Part shown: piece after piece, positions 9,307 through 19,105 of the stretch
Numbering within the stretch: the stretch's first letter is position 1
Layout of the letters: every line of letters starts with the position of its first letter
Source: an uncultured Gammaproteobacteria bacterium
Lineage (GTDB): Bacteria; Patescibacteriota; Microgenomatia; UBA12405; JAHJSD01
NCBI GenBank assembly: GCA_964428655.1
Contig: CAYRYE010000002.1
Location: forward strand, 183,156-247,155
Length of the DNA: 64,000 nt
Reading direction: 5' to 3'
Notes under the pieces: generated by a model
Databases searched by the model: none
The model's input: only the letters and a program-made list of their open reading frames with translations
Told to the model about the DNA's origin: nothing
Made by a program: the position numbers and the translations under genes

Positions 9307-10106
9307 GAAAAATCCGCTTTGGCCGCTTTAGCCAAAAGCTTGGTTCTCCGAGTTGCTAAAGTAGAACGAGTTTGGGCAATAACATGGAAACGAAAGCGGC
9401 CCAAAAGCTTGATTAATTCCGTTGAATATCGAGAATCCTCAAAGGCATCATCATCAACCAAAAATAAAATTTTGGTTTTTAACTTCTCCAAAAGTTTTAG
9501 TTCAATTTCAATATCTGATAAGCAACGATGTCTAAGACAACGACCGCTAAAAGCGGTCACCGAACAAATGTCACAATTATAAGGACAGCCGCGAGTGGTC
9601 TGAAGGGGACGAATGAAAACACCTGAGTAGGAAGGAACCTGATCATGGACAGGAATCGGCACCCGGTCCAAACTAGGGTGCTGGCCAAAGAAATTATAAA
9701 TTTTTTGAGGCCTTCCTTTTTCTATCGCCTCCATGATTTTAAGTAAACGCCCCTCTGTTTCACCTCTGAAAACAACGTCGCTCCATTGAGTCACCTCCCC
9801 AGGGCACATCGAAGCATGAATTCCCCCACAAACAACAATTTTGCCGGCCATTCTGGCTTGTCGAGCTGCTTTCTCCATTTCTTTTGCTTGAGCTGTCTGA
9901 CCAGTAATAAAAACCACTGATTCATCACCCAAGGCCAAAGGTTCAAAACTCATATCCAAAATTCGAATCTGCCAACCGATTTCCTGGAGCATGCCTCCTA
10001 AAACCGGCAGGCTATAGGGAACAATGCGGCCAAAACGGACTCGCTGATAACCTGAAGGAGGCATAGGATTGACAATCAAAACTTTTTTCTTCATTGTTTT
10101 AACCAT
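9186..10106 (-). CDS. B12-binding domain radical SAM protein, N-terminal part (frameshifted gene)
   Basis: B12-binding Rossmann segment followed by radical SAM Cys motif CPYNCDIC (CxxxCxxC); frame breaks after ...LLAKAAKADF at an A5/T5 homopolymer. Confidence 0.7.
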   Translation of the reverse strand: MVKTMKKKVLIVNPMPPSGYQRVRFGRIVPYSLPVLGGMLQEIGWQIRILDMSFEPLALGDESVVFITGQTAQAKEMEKAARQARMAGKIVVCGGIHASMCPGEVTQWSDVVFRGETEGRLLKIMEAIEKGRPQKIYNFFGQHPSLDRVPIPVHDQVPSYSGVFIRPLQTTRGCPYNCDICSVTAFSGRCLRHRCLSDIEIELKLLEKLKTKILFLVDDDAFEDSRYSTELIKLLGRFRFHVIAQTRSTLATRRTKLLAKAAKADFSWPLLVLRELMIKISNKWARVSVCQKIVKQSGFFINLEWQ

Positions 10107-10263
10107 ACTTTAGCAATAATCCCCAAACCAATCAAAGTCAAAATTGAAATTGCTTTCCTTCAACTCATTATAAAAATTAATTAAATTGCGAGGGTGATAA
10201 GACAAAAGTGGAAAAAGCAAAAGATAATAAGGATAATATAAAATAATCCAAAACATAAGATTG

Positions 10264-11460
10264 TTAAATATCGAAGACTCTTTCAGTAAAACCCAAGCGG
10301 TATTTTCTCGCCCTATAGGCCCTGGAGATAATCATATTTATCAACCAGGTTGAAAAAACAAGAAGAGCGAAAAATAGGACTCCTGTTGCATCCATTTTCG
10401 GCAGTTCGCTCCGTCCCAGATAACCCAAAATGCCGGAAATTACTCCTACCGTGGTAATCACCTGAAGGGAGCGAATGCTAATATTGGTAGTCCTATTCTC
10501 AATCTCAACAATAATTTTAATCGCCGCGGCAAGGTAGTCGCCAGTCATCCGCCAAATTTCCTTAATGTAAGTAAGGGTGTTAGTCAAAACTTCAAATTTG
10601 TACTGGAAAAGGGCAGATAAATCGGATTCTATCTTTAGTTTGCTGGCAATTGAGGCGCGAGTGCGAACATATGAGCCCATTTGATTAATCCGATTGCTTA
10701 TCAGACTAATTGTTTTCTGATAACTATCAAGCTTTCTTCGAACTTGGTTAACTTCCTTACCTCTAATAAAACGCTTTTCTTTAATTGCTGATATCTTTTC
10801 CCAAATGCTTCGATGAATCTCCAAATACTTTTCTAATTGATCTTTAAACTCCCGAAAAAATATCTGCATTCTGACTAAATCTGCCGCCAAAGCCTTTGGG
10901 CGCGTTGAGGTGATAACGAAAATATAACCCGGAGTTTTGTAAACAGTAATGTCATTAGAGCTAATCTTGCTGTAAACTTCACCGAAGTCTTCAATATTTG
11001 GTTTAAATGCGGCAGGATCTTTTAATGGCAAACCAATTACTGTTGGGTGAACTGTTTCAATGTTAGCCAAAACCTTTGGCACCGGCGCTCCTAGAGAAAA
11101 AATGTAGGCAATAGCCGGCTGGAAAATACGATTAAAGTAATCTTCCAATAGTCCCTGTCCCTCCTTAATATCAGTCGTCTCTATTTCTAAAACATAGAGC
11201 CCATCCTCGTAATAGCGGATCTCGATACCATTATTGGCCTCGCCTTTAACAAATTCTAAGTATTCTGCTTCGCGGGTAACTTTTTTCAAATCCATCAGGC
11301 GACGGAATTCTCTTAATTTTTCTTTTGATAGATCTTTCAATCTTGATCGACCCAAAGCCATTAGTTCATAAACTTCGCTTAAATGAAGAGTGGTTCTCTG
11401 ATACCAGCCGCCATAAGTAACTTTATACTTCTTGATTGGTTTTTCGATTTTAGACATCAA
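10264..11460 (-). CDS. hypothetical protein with two C-terminal TM helices (CorA-like topology, no GMN motif)
   Basis: 398 aa; large soluble N-terminal domain; C-terminal hydrophobic pair ...VGVISGILGYLG ... GVLFFALLVFSTWLINMII. Confidence 0.55.
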   Translation of the reverse strand: MMSKIEKPIKKYKVTYGGWYQRTTLHLSEVYELMALGRSRLKDLSKEKLREFRRLMDLKKVTREAEYLEFVKGEANNGIEIRYYEDGLYVLEIETTDIKEGQGLLEDYFNRIFQPAIAYIFSLGAPVPKVLANIETVHPTVIGLPLKDPAAFKPNIEDFGEVYSKISSNDITVYKTPGYIFVITSTRPKALAADLVRMQIFFREFKDQLEKYLEIHRSIWEKISAIKEKRFIRGKEVNQVRRKLDSYQKTISLISNRINQMGSYVRTRASIASKLKIESDLSALFQYKFEVLTNTLTYIKEIWRMTGDYLAAAIKIIVEIENRTTNISIRSLQVITTVGVISGILGYLGRSELPKMDATGVLFFALLVFSTWLINMIISRAYRARKYRLGFTERVFDI

Positions 11461-11497
11461 TTAAATAATAGCACAACAGTCGAATTGGCACAGAAAT

Positions 11498-13255
11498 TTA
11501 CCAGCTTCCGCCGCCGCCGCCGCCAAAGCCGCCGCCAGATGAACCGCCGCCAAAGCCAGAGCCGCCAGACCAACTGGACTTACCTGAAGGCGAGGAAACT
11601 AAACCAGTGGCAGCGACAGCTTGAAAAGAGTTTAAATCCCTGCTTAAAGTGGCTATCGCGACCCCCTCAAAATATCTTGGCGGTTCAACACCCAATTTGG
11701 CCATATCTTTGGCCAGCTTATTCACCACTCCCAAAGCAATTGCCAAAGGCAGCATTTCTTCTAAAAACAAATGCTTTTCAGCAATCTCTTCCCGCCATTT
11801 ACCCTTACCCAAATACCATTTTAAGCCTTTAGTTTGGCGATGAAGCGAGTAGCCCCAAGCTGTCTTTCGGGGCATAAATTTAGGCCAAATCAAAGCTCCA
11901 ATTACTGATGGGATAAAGAAGGCCATTGGCCCAAGATTGGAAGTAATACCTATAAAAACAATAAGCGCAATAAAAGACAAAACAGACAAGCCCATTGCTA
12001 AACCAAACCAAAGCAGTTTGACTTTTTCCGGACTAACTGGAAAAGCGCCCTTTTTAACTAAACTTTGATAAAGCTCTTTTTTAATTTTTGTCAAATACTT
12101 ATAGAATTTGTTCTTCAATTCAGAAAGCGAAACTTGATTTCCTTGAGCAAATAATCCGTCCAATAAAAGCCGCTGGTATTCCTCTAGTTTCTTAGTATTT
12201 TTATTAATTTTTTCAAATTTATATTTTCTCTTTTTTTCTTTCTTTATTTTAAGATACCCTAACCTTGCCAGTTCAACGATCTCGGCCACTATATCTTGAA
12301 CATCCGCTTTTTCGTCAATAATCACGCCTACCTGAGCTGGAGTAAGATTATCAATTGGATGATAAACCATTGGTAAATGAGGGCGGCTAAAGGCTGAAAC
12401 TGTTTTTTGTTTCCCCTCCTCCAGTTTATAGTAAACATTATCTGACAAATAGCGCTTATCTCTACCTTTCTTATACCAAGCAAGACTCATCAATAAAAAA
12501 GGCATAATTGCCGCCAAGTAACCCCAGTTGTCCGTGATTCCCCAAATGACTCTTTGCAAAATCCCGGGAAATCCAAGTTGATTGTTTTTGTCCAAACCAA
12601 CAACAATTGTAAAGTCTTTGCCATAGACAATTGGCTGGCCAGCTTTAAATTCAGCCTGATTATCAGTAAATTCTGCCTGACAAAACTTTTCTCTAGAACC
12701 TGCTCTACCAGAAAAGCAATCAGTTTTAATAATCTTGGCAAATTCTGATTCCAATTGGGCTGAAGCGCTGCCAATTTGACTAGTCCATTCTGAACCAGTC
12801 ACATTCCAATAAATTTCATCGTAATCTTCAAAGCGCTGGACTACACGGCCGATTCTGTAGGTTAAAATATAAGTTTGATTTCCAATAATAGTTTTATCCG
12901 GGTCGCCGATGCGAATCTTAATACTCTGGTTATAGCGGCTGGTCTTATAAGGAATTGCCAGCTGATTTTCATCTGTTATTGACAAAATCTTTAAATCTGC
13001 CTTGATCGTTCTTCCACCCGCTGAATAGACCACTGGAATCACCCGGAAAATACCATGCTTTTGTTCCAAAAACTCAACCTCGATTCTTTCCTGAACTGTT
13101 AGCGAAGCATCTTGGTTAAGAGTAATTTTAGAATGAAAATTTTTGACCAGATAATCAGTGGCGGCAAAAGAAAAGGCTGGCTTGAAAAAAACTAGAAGCG
13201 CAAGCGCAAAAACAAAAACCTTTTTCATTAACCAATGATAACATAGGGCTGGCAA
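11498..13255 (-). CDS. DUF2207-family membrane protein
   Basis: Signal peptide, large extracytoplasmic domain, central TM helices and Gly-rich C-terminal tail GGSGFGGGSSGGGFGGGGGGSW, characteristic of DUF2207/YciQ-like proteins. Confidence 0.7.
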   Translation of the reverse strand: MPALCYHWLMKKVFVFALALLVFFKPAFSFAATDYLVKNFHSKITLNQDASLTVQERIEVEFLEQKHGIFRVIPVVYSAGGRTIKADLKILSITDENQLAIPYKTSRYNQSIKIRIGDPDKTIIGNQTYILTYRIGRVVQRFEDYDEIYWNVTGSEWTSQIGSASAQLESEFAKIIKTDCFSGRAGSREKFCQAEFTDNQAEFKAGQPIVYGKDFTIVVGLDKNNQLGFPGILQRVIWGITDNWGYLAAIMPFLLMSLAWYKKGRDKRYLSDNVYYKLEEGKQKTVSAFSRPHLPMVYHPIDNLTPAQVGVIIDEKADVQDIVAEIVELARLGYLKIKKEKKRKYKFEKINKNTKKLEEYQRLLLDGLFAQGNQVSLSELKNKFYKYLTKIKKELYQSLVKKGAFPVSPEKVKLLWFGLAMGLSVLSFIALIVFIGITSNLGPMAFFIPSVIGALIWPKFMPRKTAWGYSLHRQTKGLKWYLGKGKWREEIAEKHLFLEEMLPLAIALGVVNKLAKDMAKLGVEPPRYFEGVAIATLSRDLNSFQAVAATGLVSSPSGKSSWSGGSGFGGGSSGGGFGGGGGGSW

Positions 13256-13360
13256 TTAGAAACTCCCAGGTGCCAATATCGTTCCACCTGGGAGATGGAA
13301 CAAATCTCGTCATTTTTAGCACAAGTGGTTCTGGAACCTATGTTATAATAAAAGCTAAAT

Positions 13361-13750
13361 ATGGGAGAAAAAATTATAGTTAGACCAGACGATGTGATCG
13401 CTGTAAGATACAACGACCAGGAAGAAAGTTTAAAATTAATCACATCAATGAGAAGAACTGTCTATCCCCAAAACGACAGGACTGTGCGTGTGATAGAAAG
13501 GATTCGCTTAGTCGAGACTATAAGTGAACGAGGAGTTCCTATTATGCACACTTGGACTAATGAGAGAAGATCTGTTCCTAAATCGCCAAGATTAAGAAGA
13601 GGTTTAATTGAACAAATAGTTTTAAATACAGAGGAAAAACTGACCCTCCCTTCACCCCATAGAAATAGAACAGTAACAATGCATATTAGGTTGGCAGGAA
13701 AAAGGGGCGACAAGCAATTCGAAAGAATTCATTGGTCTTACCAAAATTAA
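13361..13750 (+). CDS. hypothetical protein (129 aa)
   Basis: ORF in intergenic position with plausible start; no motifs. Confidence 0.4.
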   Translation: MGEKIIVRPDDVIAVRYNDQEESLKLITSMRRTVYPQNDRTVRVIERIRLVETISERGVPIMHTWTNERRSVPKSPRLRRGLIEQIVLNTEEKLTLPSPHRNRTVTMHIRLAGKRGDKQFERIHWSYQN

Positions 13751-13864
13751 AAAGAGAATTGTTGAGCGCCCACTAATTTCTACATCTCCTGCAAGCCCCT
13801 ATTGCCCCTGGCTGTTAATTGACAAATAAACAACTAGTCCTTATAATACACACTATATTAAACA

Positions 13865-16051
13865 GTGATTATGACTACTGAGCAAAGACAAGAAGAAACC
13901 ATAAGACAAATCCAGTGGAATTTAGGTTTGGCCAATAACCTTCCAAAAATAAGAACAGAAGAAGTTGCTACAACTGGAAAAAGCTCCAGTTACCTCGCTA
14001 CAGAAGACTCATATCATCAACGCGCTATTCTAACAGACCTGAGAGAACATTTAGATGGAAAAGCTAACAGTGTAGGAGTTTTAAAACAGGAAAATACAGA
14101 ACGCTTAGGTCTTCTTTGGCTAATGAGCGCTGACCCAGCCACTCATGAATTAATAATTTCGGCTGTCATAGCGGACGCGAATGCTCCAAGAAGTTATAGT
14201 TATGATAATTACCATGCTCAAAGAGTGGCAGAAACCCTTCTGGGAATAGATCCACAACTTGAAGCCACAAGAGAAGCGCTTAAAAAATCACCGCCGGAAA
14301 AGCCTAATGCTGTAGTGGGAAAAATCATCAGGGCCACATCAATTATGCTTGGCTATCCAGATGAGCTTCTATCCCCCGAGAAAAAACTTCAGCTTCTGAA
14401 TTCAGCCTGGGAATTAGTCCAAGAAACTCAACCAGGCAAAGACCATCAAAAATATCTCAATATTCGCCTATTAAGAAATATGGCAATGGTTTTTGAACAA
14501 CAATTAGATCTTTCACAAATAGATGGATTATCAAGAACGGGTTTTTTGGCTCGGGCAATTTCTATTTCTGAAGCTGATCCAGAAACAGCAAGGGAAATCA
14601 TCAGGCTGGCCACAACTGAAGAGGTTGAAACAGTAATAAGTGCTTCAGGGGACAATGAGAACAAAATTGCTGATTTGGTTGCTGGAATAGAATACGATCA
14701 CAGTGAAGGTAAGGAAGGATTAGCGAATCACACTGAGTTTTTGGCGCAACTTCCTTTCGGTCATTCTAAAATAGTCGGGGCTGTGATAGGAAAAGTAACT
14801 GAATTACAGGCGGTTTTCTGTGAAAATAACCACAATTGGAAAAAAGGGGTTCAACAAACAGATCTAGAAATTCACTACCAAGTTTTGGCCAGACAAATAG
14901 ATTCTGTTAGTGATCAATTAGAAAAACTAGTTACTCCTGAAACACTTCTTGCCATGGCAGAAAGTCACTCCTGGTCTGATGAGCATAGCACAGGAAGAAC
15001 TTCTTACCAAGAAGTCGCTTGTCCAATCATTAGACAATTAACTGAAGCCTCAACTAACAGAGTTCGAAGACAAGCTTACCAAGAAGCTATGGTGCAACAG
15101 AGAGGAAAACCACGCATATCTTACGGTCTCTTATTACTCCTTTTAGACGCAGAAATGCCAAGATTTCTAAAACACAAACAAGGAGATGAACAATTACCAC
15201 GATGGCTGCAGCTACTCAATTCTAAAAGAAGAGAACTATCTTATGAAAAAAAGGCCACTTTAGAGAGAATTAAAGAATCTCTTTACCCAAAGAGCTCATT
15301 TACTTTTGTGGAAGCCTGCCTTACTGTAGGCAGAATTGGCTGGTTAGATCAAATCGAAATTGACAGCGATCATCCCGACCGTGTAAGAGCGGCAGACAAA
15401 ATTGCTCAAAGAGAGTTCGAACAAACAAGAGCTTCCCTAGAAGAATTAACAACTAAATTAGAAGCCGGGGAAAAAGTAGAAGCTGAAAAAGTTAGAACTT
15501 TAATTGTCGAACTTCGCTTAAGCAAGCTTATTGATGCTGGAACCGGAGAGTGGATAACAGAAGCCAGAGAATGGCGCCAAGAAATAGTGGCCCGGTTATT
15601 AATGGCAGAAAAGATTACTTTTGGAATTAAACAAATGGTGGCCACAAACTGCTTCCACTATTTCTTGAATGCTGGTCAGGCTAGAACAATACTAAGAAGT
15701 TTGAGTGCATATGAAAGGCTATCAACAGTCGAGGCGAGATATTGCCACAGAGTAACCACAGGAGAAATTTTGGACGTTTTAACTTCAGGGTGGTTAAAAG
15801 ATACGGCTATTGCTCTCGAGCCTTTGCTAAAATTAAGTCCATCTGAAAGAGAAACTCTTAATAGAGATCGTGAAATCATGCAAAGAGTGACTGAGTGGAT
15901 TAACCAATTATTGACTGGTGACCGTGCAATAGAAAGCCAGGATAAAACCACCCTAAGATTACTGAATAAAGAACCATGGATAACAAAAATCAAAAAGAGT
16001 AGACAATTGAAATGGTCTCAAGTTAAAGCCCTTATTGATCGTAACCGATAA
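13865..16051 (+). CDS. hypothetical protein (728 aa), soluble
   Basis: Long uninterrupted ORF, helical-rich composition, followed by a 7-bp stem hairpin at 16060-16086. Confidence 0.7.
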   Translation: MIMTTEQRQEETIRQIQWNLGLANNLPKIRTEEVATTGKSSSYLATEDSYHQRAILTDLREHLDGKANSVGVLKQENTERLGLLWLMSADPATHELIISAVIADANAPRSYSYDNYHAQRVAETLLGIDPQLEATREALKKSPPEKPNAVVGKIIRATSIMLGYPDELLSPEKKLQLLNSAWELVQETQPGKDHQKYLNIRLLRNMAMVFEQQLDLSQIDGLSRTGFLARAISISEADPETAREIIRLATTEEVETVISASGDNENKIADLVAGIEYDHSEGKEGLANHTEFLAQLPFGHSKIVGAVIGKVTELQAVFCENNHNWKKGVQQTDLEIHYQVLARQIDSVSDQLEKLVTPETLLAMAESHSWSDEHSTGRTSYQEVACPIIRQLTEASTNRVRRQAYQEAMVQQRGKPRISYGLLLLLLDAEMPRFLKHKQGDEQLPRWLQLLNSKRRELSYEKKATLERIKESLYPKSSFTFVEACLTVGRIGWLDQIEIDSDHPDRVRAADKIAQREFEQTRASLEELTTKLEAGEKVEAEKVRTLIVELRLSKLIDAGTGEWITEAREWRQEIVARLLMAEKITFGIKQMVATNCFHYFLNAGQARTILRSLSAYERLSTVEARYCHRVTTGEILDVLTSGWLKDTAIALEPLLKLSPSERETLNRDREIMQRVTEWINQLLTGDRAIESQDKTTLRLLNKEPWITKIKKSRQLKWSQVKALIDRNR

Positions 16052-16119
16052 TCTTTCTTTTGCTTCACTCCAGGTGTCAAAAGAAAGACACCTCCAAGTC
16101 AACCTTCTTTCACATCATT

Positions 16120-16930
16120 AACGGAAATTAATGCTGCCCGAAATAATCAAGATCTCATCACTATTAAATTTATTTATTGCATGATGTATAATGACTACGA
16201 CAAGAGGGCGAGGGCACAGACGAAAAAGACAGGTTTGGGTAAGTGTAACAGTACCAAGAGGGGAAGGAGAAAGGTCAAGGCACAAAAGAATGCTTCGTAG
16301 CGAAGCAGCGCGCCCTTGTTTATTGAAAGGACAAAGGGAATGCCCACTTGGGGGCAGGTCTTGTCGTGCCTCCAAAGATGTCTGTCGCCCTGAAATACAG
16401 GAGTCAAGTTCTGACACAGCGATGGAGTTCCGTTCTCTGTACCGGTCCCCACACCGGCGATAACAAAAAACCCTTTACCCCACTAATCTCTTTTTGAATT
16501 TCTTAATTTCTGTTTTTGTTTCCGGCGAAAAATAACCAATCCCAAAATTCCAAAAATTAACAAACTAATTAATAATACTGCGTACTCTAAAAAATAGTTC
16601 TGTTCATTACCAGTAGTAATGTCGTCAAGAGCCGCCCAATCCAAAACAAGAAGAATTAAGATAAGGGCAAACAACAAAAATCTTCTTACTGGAACAGAAT
16701 TGTTATAAGACACCTCTAACCCCAGTACGAACTCTTGGCACCAAAGCACACTGTTGTCCAGATCTCGTGCAAACCATTTCTCTCCTTCCCTTAAACCCTA
16801 CAGACAGTGTCACTTGTCTCCCTCGCTCAGCAGCCTTTCCCGAACTCGACAAGTGTTCACAATCAACCTCTGGTCTCATTGCCGGGCATACCTCTTGCAC
16901 AGGCAACATAATATCAGCCACCTTACCCAC
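16120..16930. other. GC-rich (about 50%) ORF-poor island; candidate structured ncRNA(s), strand and identity unresolved
   Basis: Local GC far above the window mean; overlapping short ORFs open in several frames on both strands, typical of non-coding GC-rich RNA; TGTATAAT-like -10 at 16184-16191; stable hairpins (GCTTCG-TAG-CGAAGC at 16293-16307); an AT-rich segment 16483-16749 in the middle may encode a small membrane protein. Confidence 0.35.
16483..16749 (-). CDS. possible small membrane protein (88 aa)
   Basis: Two hydrophobic helices and a basic C-terminal tail; AT-rich coding-like segment inside the GC-rich island. Confidence 0.3.
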   Translation of the reverse strand: MLWCQEFVLGLEVSYNNSVPVRRFLLFALILILLVLDWAALDDITTGNEQNYFLEYAVLLISLLIFGILGLVIFRRKQKQKLRNSKRD

Positions 16931-16942
16931 CCCCTTTCTTAT

Positions 16943-17818
16943 TTAAGACTTTTTTCTTTTCCAAAAGTACCAGACAGCCAAAATTGGCAGCCAGACAATA
17001 CTGTAAACAGCAAGCCAAATACCGGCTTTGGCGGCGCTGCGCAGGCTGAGGACTAAAGAACGAACTGCTTGTTTAAAAATAACTTTGGGTCGGAAACTTG
17101 GTTTTTCCGGAGTATAAGGCAAAGACCACTCATCAGTAGAAAAATAAGCAGTCAATTTAGCATTCTCGGCTGTTTTCTTTAAATATTCCTGCTGACCTTT
17201 AAGATTATCAATTTGCTGTTGAAGACTAATTAGCTCCCTTTGGACTCTTAAAATATCATCAATTTTGACTGCCTCATCCATAATTTCTTCGAACTTAGTT
17301 TTGGTTTTATAAAGAGTTTTTAATCGCGCTTCCAGATCAACATATTTGTCAGTCACATCCCAACCCTTCAAATTTTCTGAAGTTACTTTAACTGCCAAAT
17401 CACGCAAATGCTCAAGCGTCGATCTTAGTTCATTACTCGGTACTCGAACTACCAAAGTGGCAAACGGAGCTTCTTGAGGCTGGCTAATTGAAGAAGAAAC
17501 CATATAGCCGCCCTTTTGTTCAATATAACTAATGATTCTGTCAACTTCTTGGCGAACATTATCAACCACCATAGAAATATTTGATTCCTCAGCCACCATT
17601 CGATCCTTGACCTCTGGACTAGGAGCCGTTTCACTCACAGGCATAATTCTTTCGGCCGTTAACAATCCGCCGCCAGCCGCAGGAAGGGCGGCTTCATAAT
17701 TTCCCCTTCTCGCCACCGGCACAATCCCCTGTTGATTTTTAATCAAAAAATAGGCAACAATTAGAAGCAAAACAGCGGTAAGTTTATTATTTTTCAGCCA
17801 TTCAATAAGTTTTGCCAT
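16943..17818 (-). CDS. DUF4349-like protein (N-terminal TM, coiled-coil periplasmic domain, C-terminal TM)
   Basis: Architecture and length (291 aa) match DUF4349 proteins: N-terminal anchor, central heptad-rich region (IDDILRVQRELISLQQQIDNLKGQQEYLKK), C-terminal TM WLAVYSIVWLPILAVWYFW. Confidence 0.55.
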   Translation of the reverse strand: MAKLIEWLKNNKLTAVLLLIVAYFLIKNQQGIVPVARRGNYEAALPAAGGGLLTAERIMPVSETAPSPEVKDRMVAEESNISMVVDNVRQEVDRIISYIEQKGGYMVSSSISQPQEAPFATLVVRVPSNELRSTLEHLRDLAVKVTSENLKGWDVTDKYVDLEARLKTLYKTKTKFEEIMDEAVKIDDILRVQRELISLQQQIDNLKGQQEYLKKTAENAKLTAYFSTDEWSLPYTPEKPSFRPKVIFKQAVRSLVLSLRSAAKAGIWLAVYSIVWLPILAVWYFWKRKKS

Positions 17819-18352
17819 TGATTAATTCTAAACCAACATTTATCCTGTTGTCAAATTGACCGGATCGGGAAATACTAACAAATTCTTGCGAAACTAGTAC
17901 AGACCCGTCCACACACAAAATTCTTCTTTACGAAGGATTGTAACACAGTCAACAATGAGAAATTAAGAATCTTTCATTATCCTATAACTTTGACGAAAGA
18001 GGCTTTTTATGATATATTTGGTGTGTAAATTCGGCTTTTCCAGCCGAATCCTTAGTGCCAAAACTTTCTTGACAACCAGAAGCGGTTGGAAAAGAAAAAT
18101 TGAGGGCAAAAGCACTTTGACAATCCCAAAGAGCAATTTTGACAAGTTCACTTTGGATAGAGTTCTTTCTATCTAGAACGAACTTGTCAAAAAAGGGGTA
18201 AAGATTTCTTCTATTTTTAGAATAGAAGAAAGAAAAGACTGTATCCGTAAGGGCTCCCAGGTGCCTGAGAACCTGAGTGTCGTTGGACTCCCTGCTCGGC
18301 AATTGAACGGGCCCAGCCGAGCAGCTAAGAAGAAAGAAAGGGGGGGAAAACA

Positions 18353-18994
18353 ATGGGAAACAAAGCCCGTTTGGCGATCCCCGCGGGGATCGCAATCCTT
18401 TCGCTGGTTCTGCTAACCTATACGCTAGCTTTTAGTGGCACAGCTAGCGCCACTCTGCCCAAGACAGAGTTCGAGTACGACGGGGTCGGAGTGGCCACCA
18501 TTTCCAAAACGGTCAATCCCCCCTTGCAAACAGGAGTGACTGTCAGTAACGTCGCGAAGGGTGTCACTTTCGCCAGGGTAACACCAGGGTTTGCCATACT
18601 TGAGATGGGAGCTCCTTGCCAATACACTGTCTGGATTACACACACCCACACTTGTGAGGAGTGCAAACCGTGGTTCGGAATCCAAGTAGTCACTAACACT
18701 TACACAGAATCACCAATAGTGATCTACTGGGATAAATGGGGAACCGAGCCAGGGCCAGGCGTTTGTGCCTGTCTCGAGTGGAGCTGTTACGCCGGGCCGT
18801 CATTTTGGTTCGGGTTCGACGAAAAAATGGTGTTGGCGGAGATATTTCTTTCCTTGGTAACCAGAAACTGGCCACCAACACCAACGCCGACACCAACGCC
18901 GACACCAACGCCAACGTCGACCCCCATACCAACGTCGACCCCCATACCGACACCAACATCGACGCCGAGACCAACACCCACACCAGAATCATAG
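18353..18994 (+). CDS. secreted Cys-containing protein ending in a Pro-Thr linker (213 aa), GC-rich
   Basis: Signal peptide, small domain with 6 Cys, C-terminal (PT)n/TPIPTSTP linker; good Shine-Dalgarno aagaaagaaaggggggg; local GC well above flanks. Confidence 0.6.
   Translation: MGNKARLAIPAGIAILSLVLLTYTLAFSGTASATLPKTEFEYDGVGVATISKTVNPPLQTGVTVSNVAKGVTFARVTPGFAILEMGAPCQYTVWITHTHTCEECKPWFGIQVVTNTYTESPIVIYWDKWGTEPGPGVCACLEWSCYAGPSFWFGFDEKMVLAEIFLSLVTRNWPPTPTPTPTPTPTPTSTPIPTSTPIPTPTSTPRPTPTPES
18865..18965 (+). repeat. tandem ccaacgccgacaccaacg-type repeat encoding the PT linker
   Basis: Visible 6/12/24-nt periodic DNA repeat (ccaacaccaacgccgacaccaacgccgacaccaacgccaacgtcgaccccc...). Confidence 0.8.
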
Positions 18995-19071
18995 AGGGTA
19001 ACCGGCACTCATGGAGAGAGCGCCGCCTGGCGGTGCTCTCTCTTCGGGGATCAGTCGGAAAGCAGAATTAT

Positions 19072-19105
19072 CCCCGCAATGCGGGGAAAAACATTTTTAC
19101 TTTTT
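19072..19105 (+). terminator. intrinsic terminator (CCCCGC-AAT-GCGGGG followed by T-rich tract)
   Basis: 6-bp GC hairpin followed by aaaaacatttttactttttgg; a second strong hairpin GAGAGAGCGCCGCC/GGCGGTGCTCTCTC lies just upstream (19013-19043). Confidence 0.65.

Noticed and set aside
16191-16463. 90-aa (+), 99-aa (-) and 85-aa (-) ORFs in the GC-rich island
   Set aside because: They are mutually overlapping on both strands, Arg/Gly/Ser/Cys-rich with no protein-like periodicity. This fits better with non-coding GC-rich sequence.
16118-16930. Attempted identification as RNase P RNA, tmRNA, SRP RNA or a group II intron
   Set aside because: By-eye checks found no P4-forming complementary strands (GGAAAGUCCGG / CCGGCUUA), no tRNA-like 3' end with an Ala-type acceptor, no GGAA-tetraloop domain IV and no domain V (CCGUAU...ACGUACGG). 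The identity is left open rather than asserted.
18418-18992. Antisense ORFs (93, 86, 99, 73 aa) and an overlapping +-strand 133-aa ORF around the PT-linker gene
   Set aside because: They overlap the better-supported signal-peptide-containing 213-aa ORF and arise from its GC-rich repeat; no RBS or independent support.
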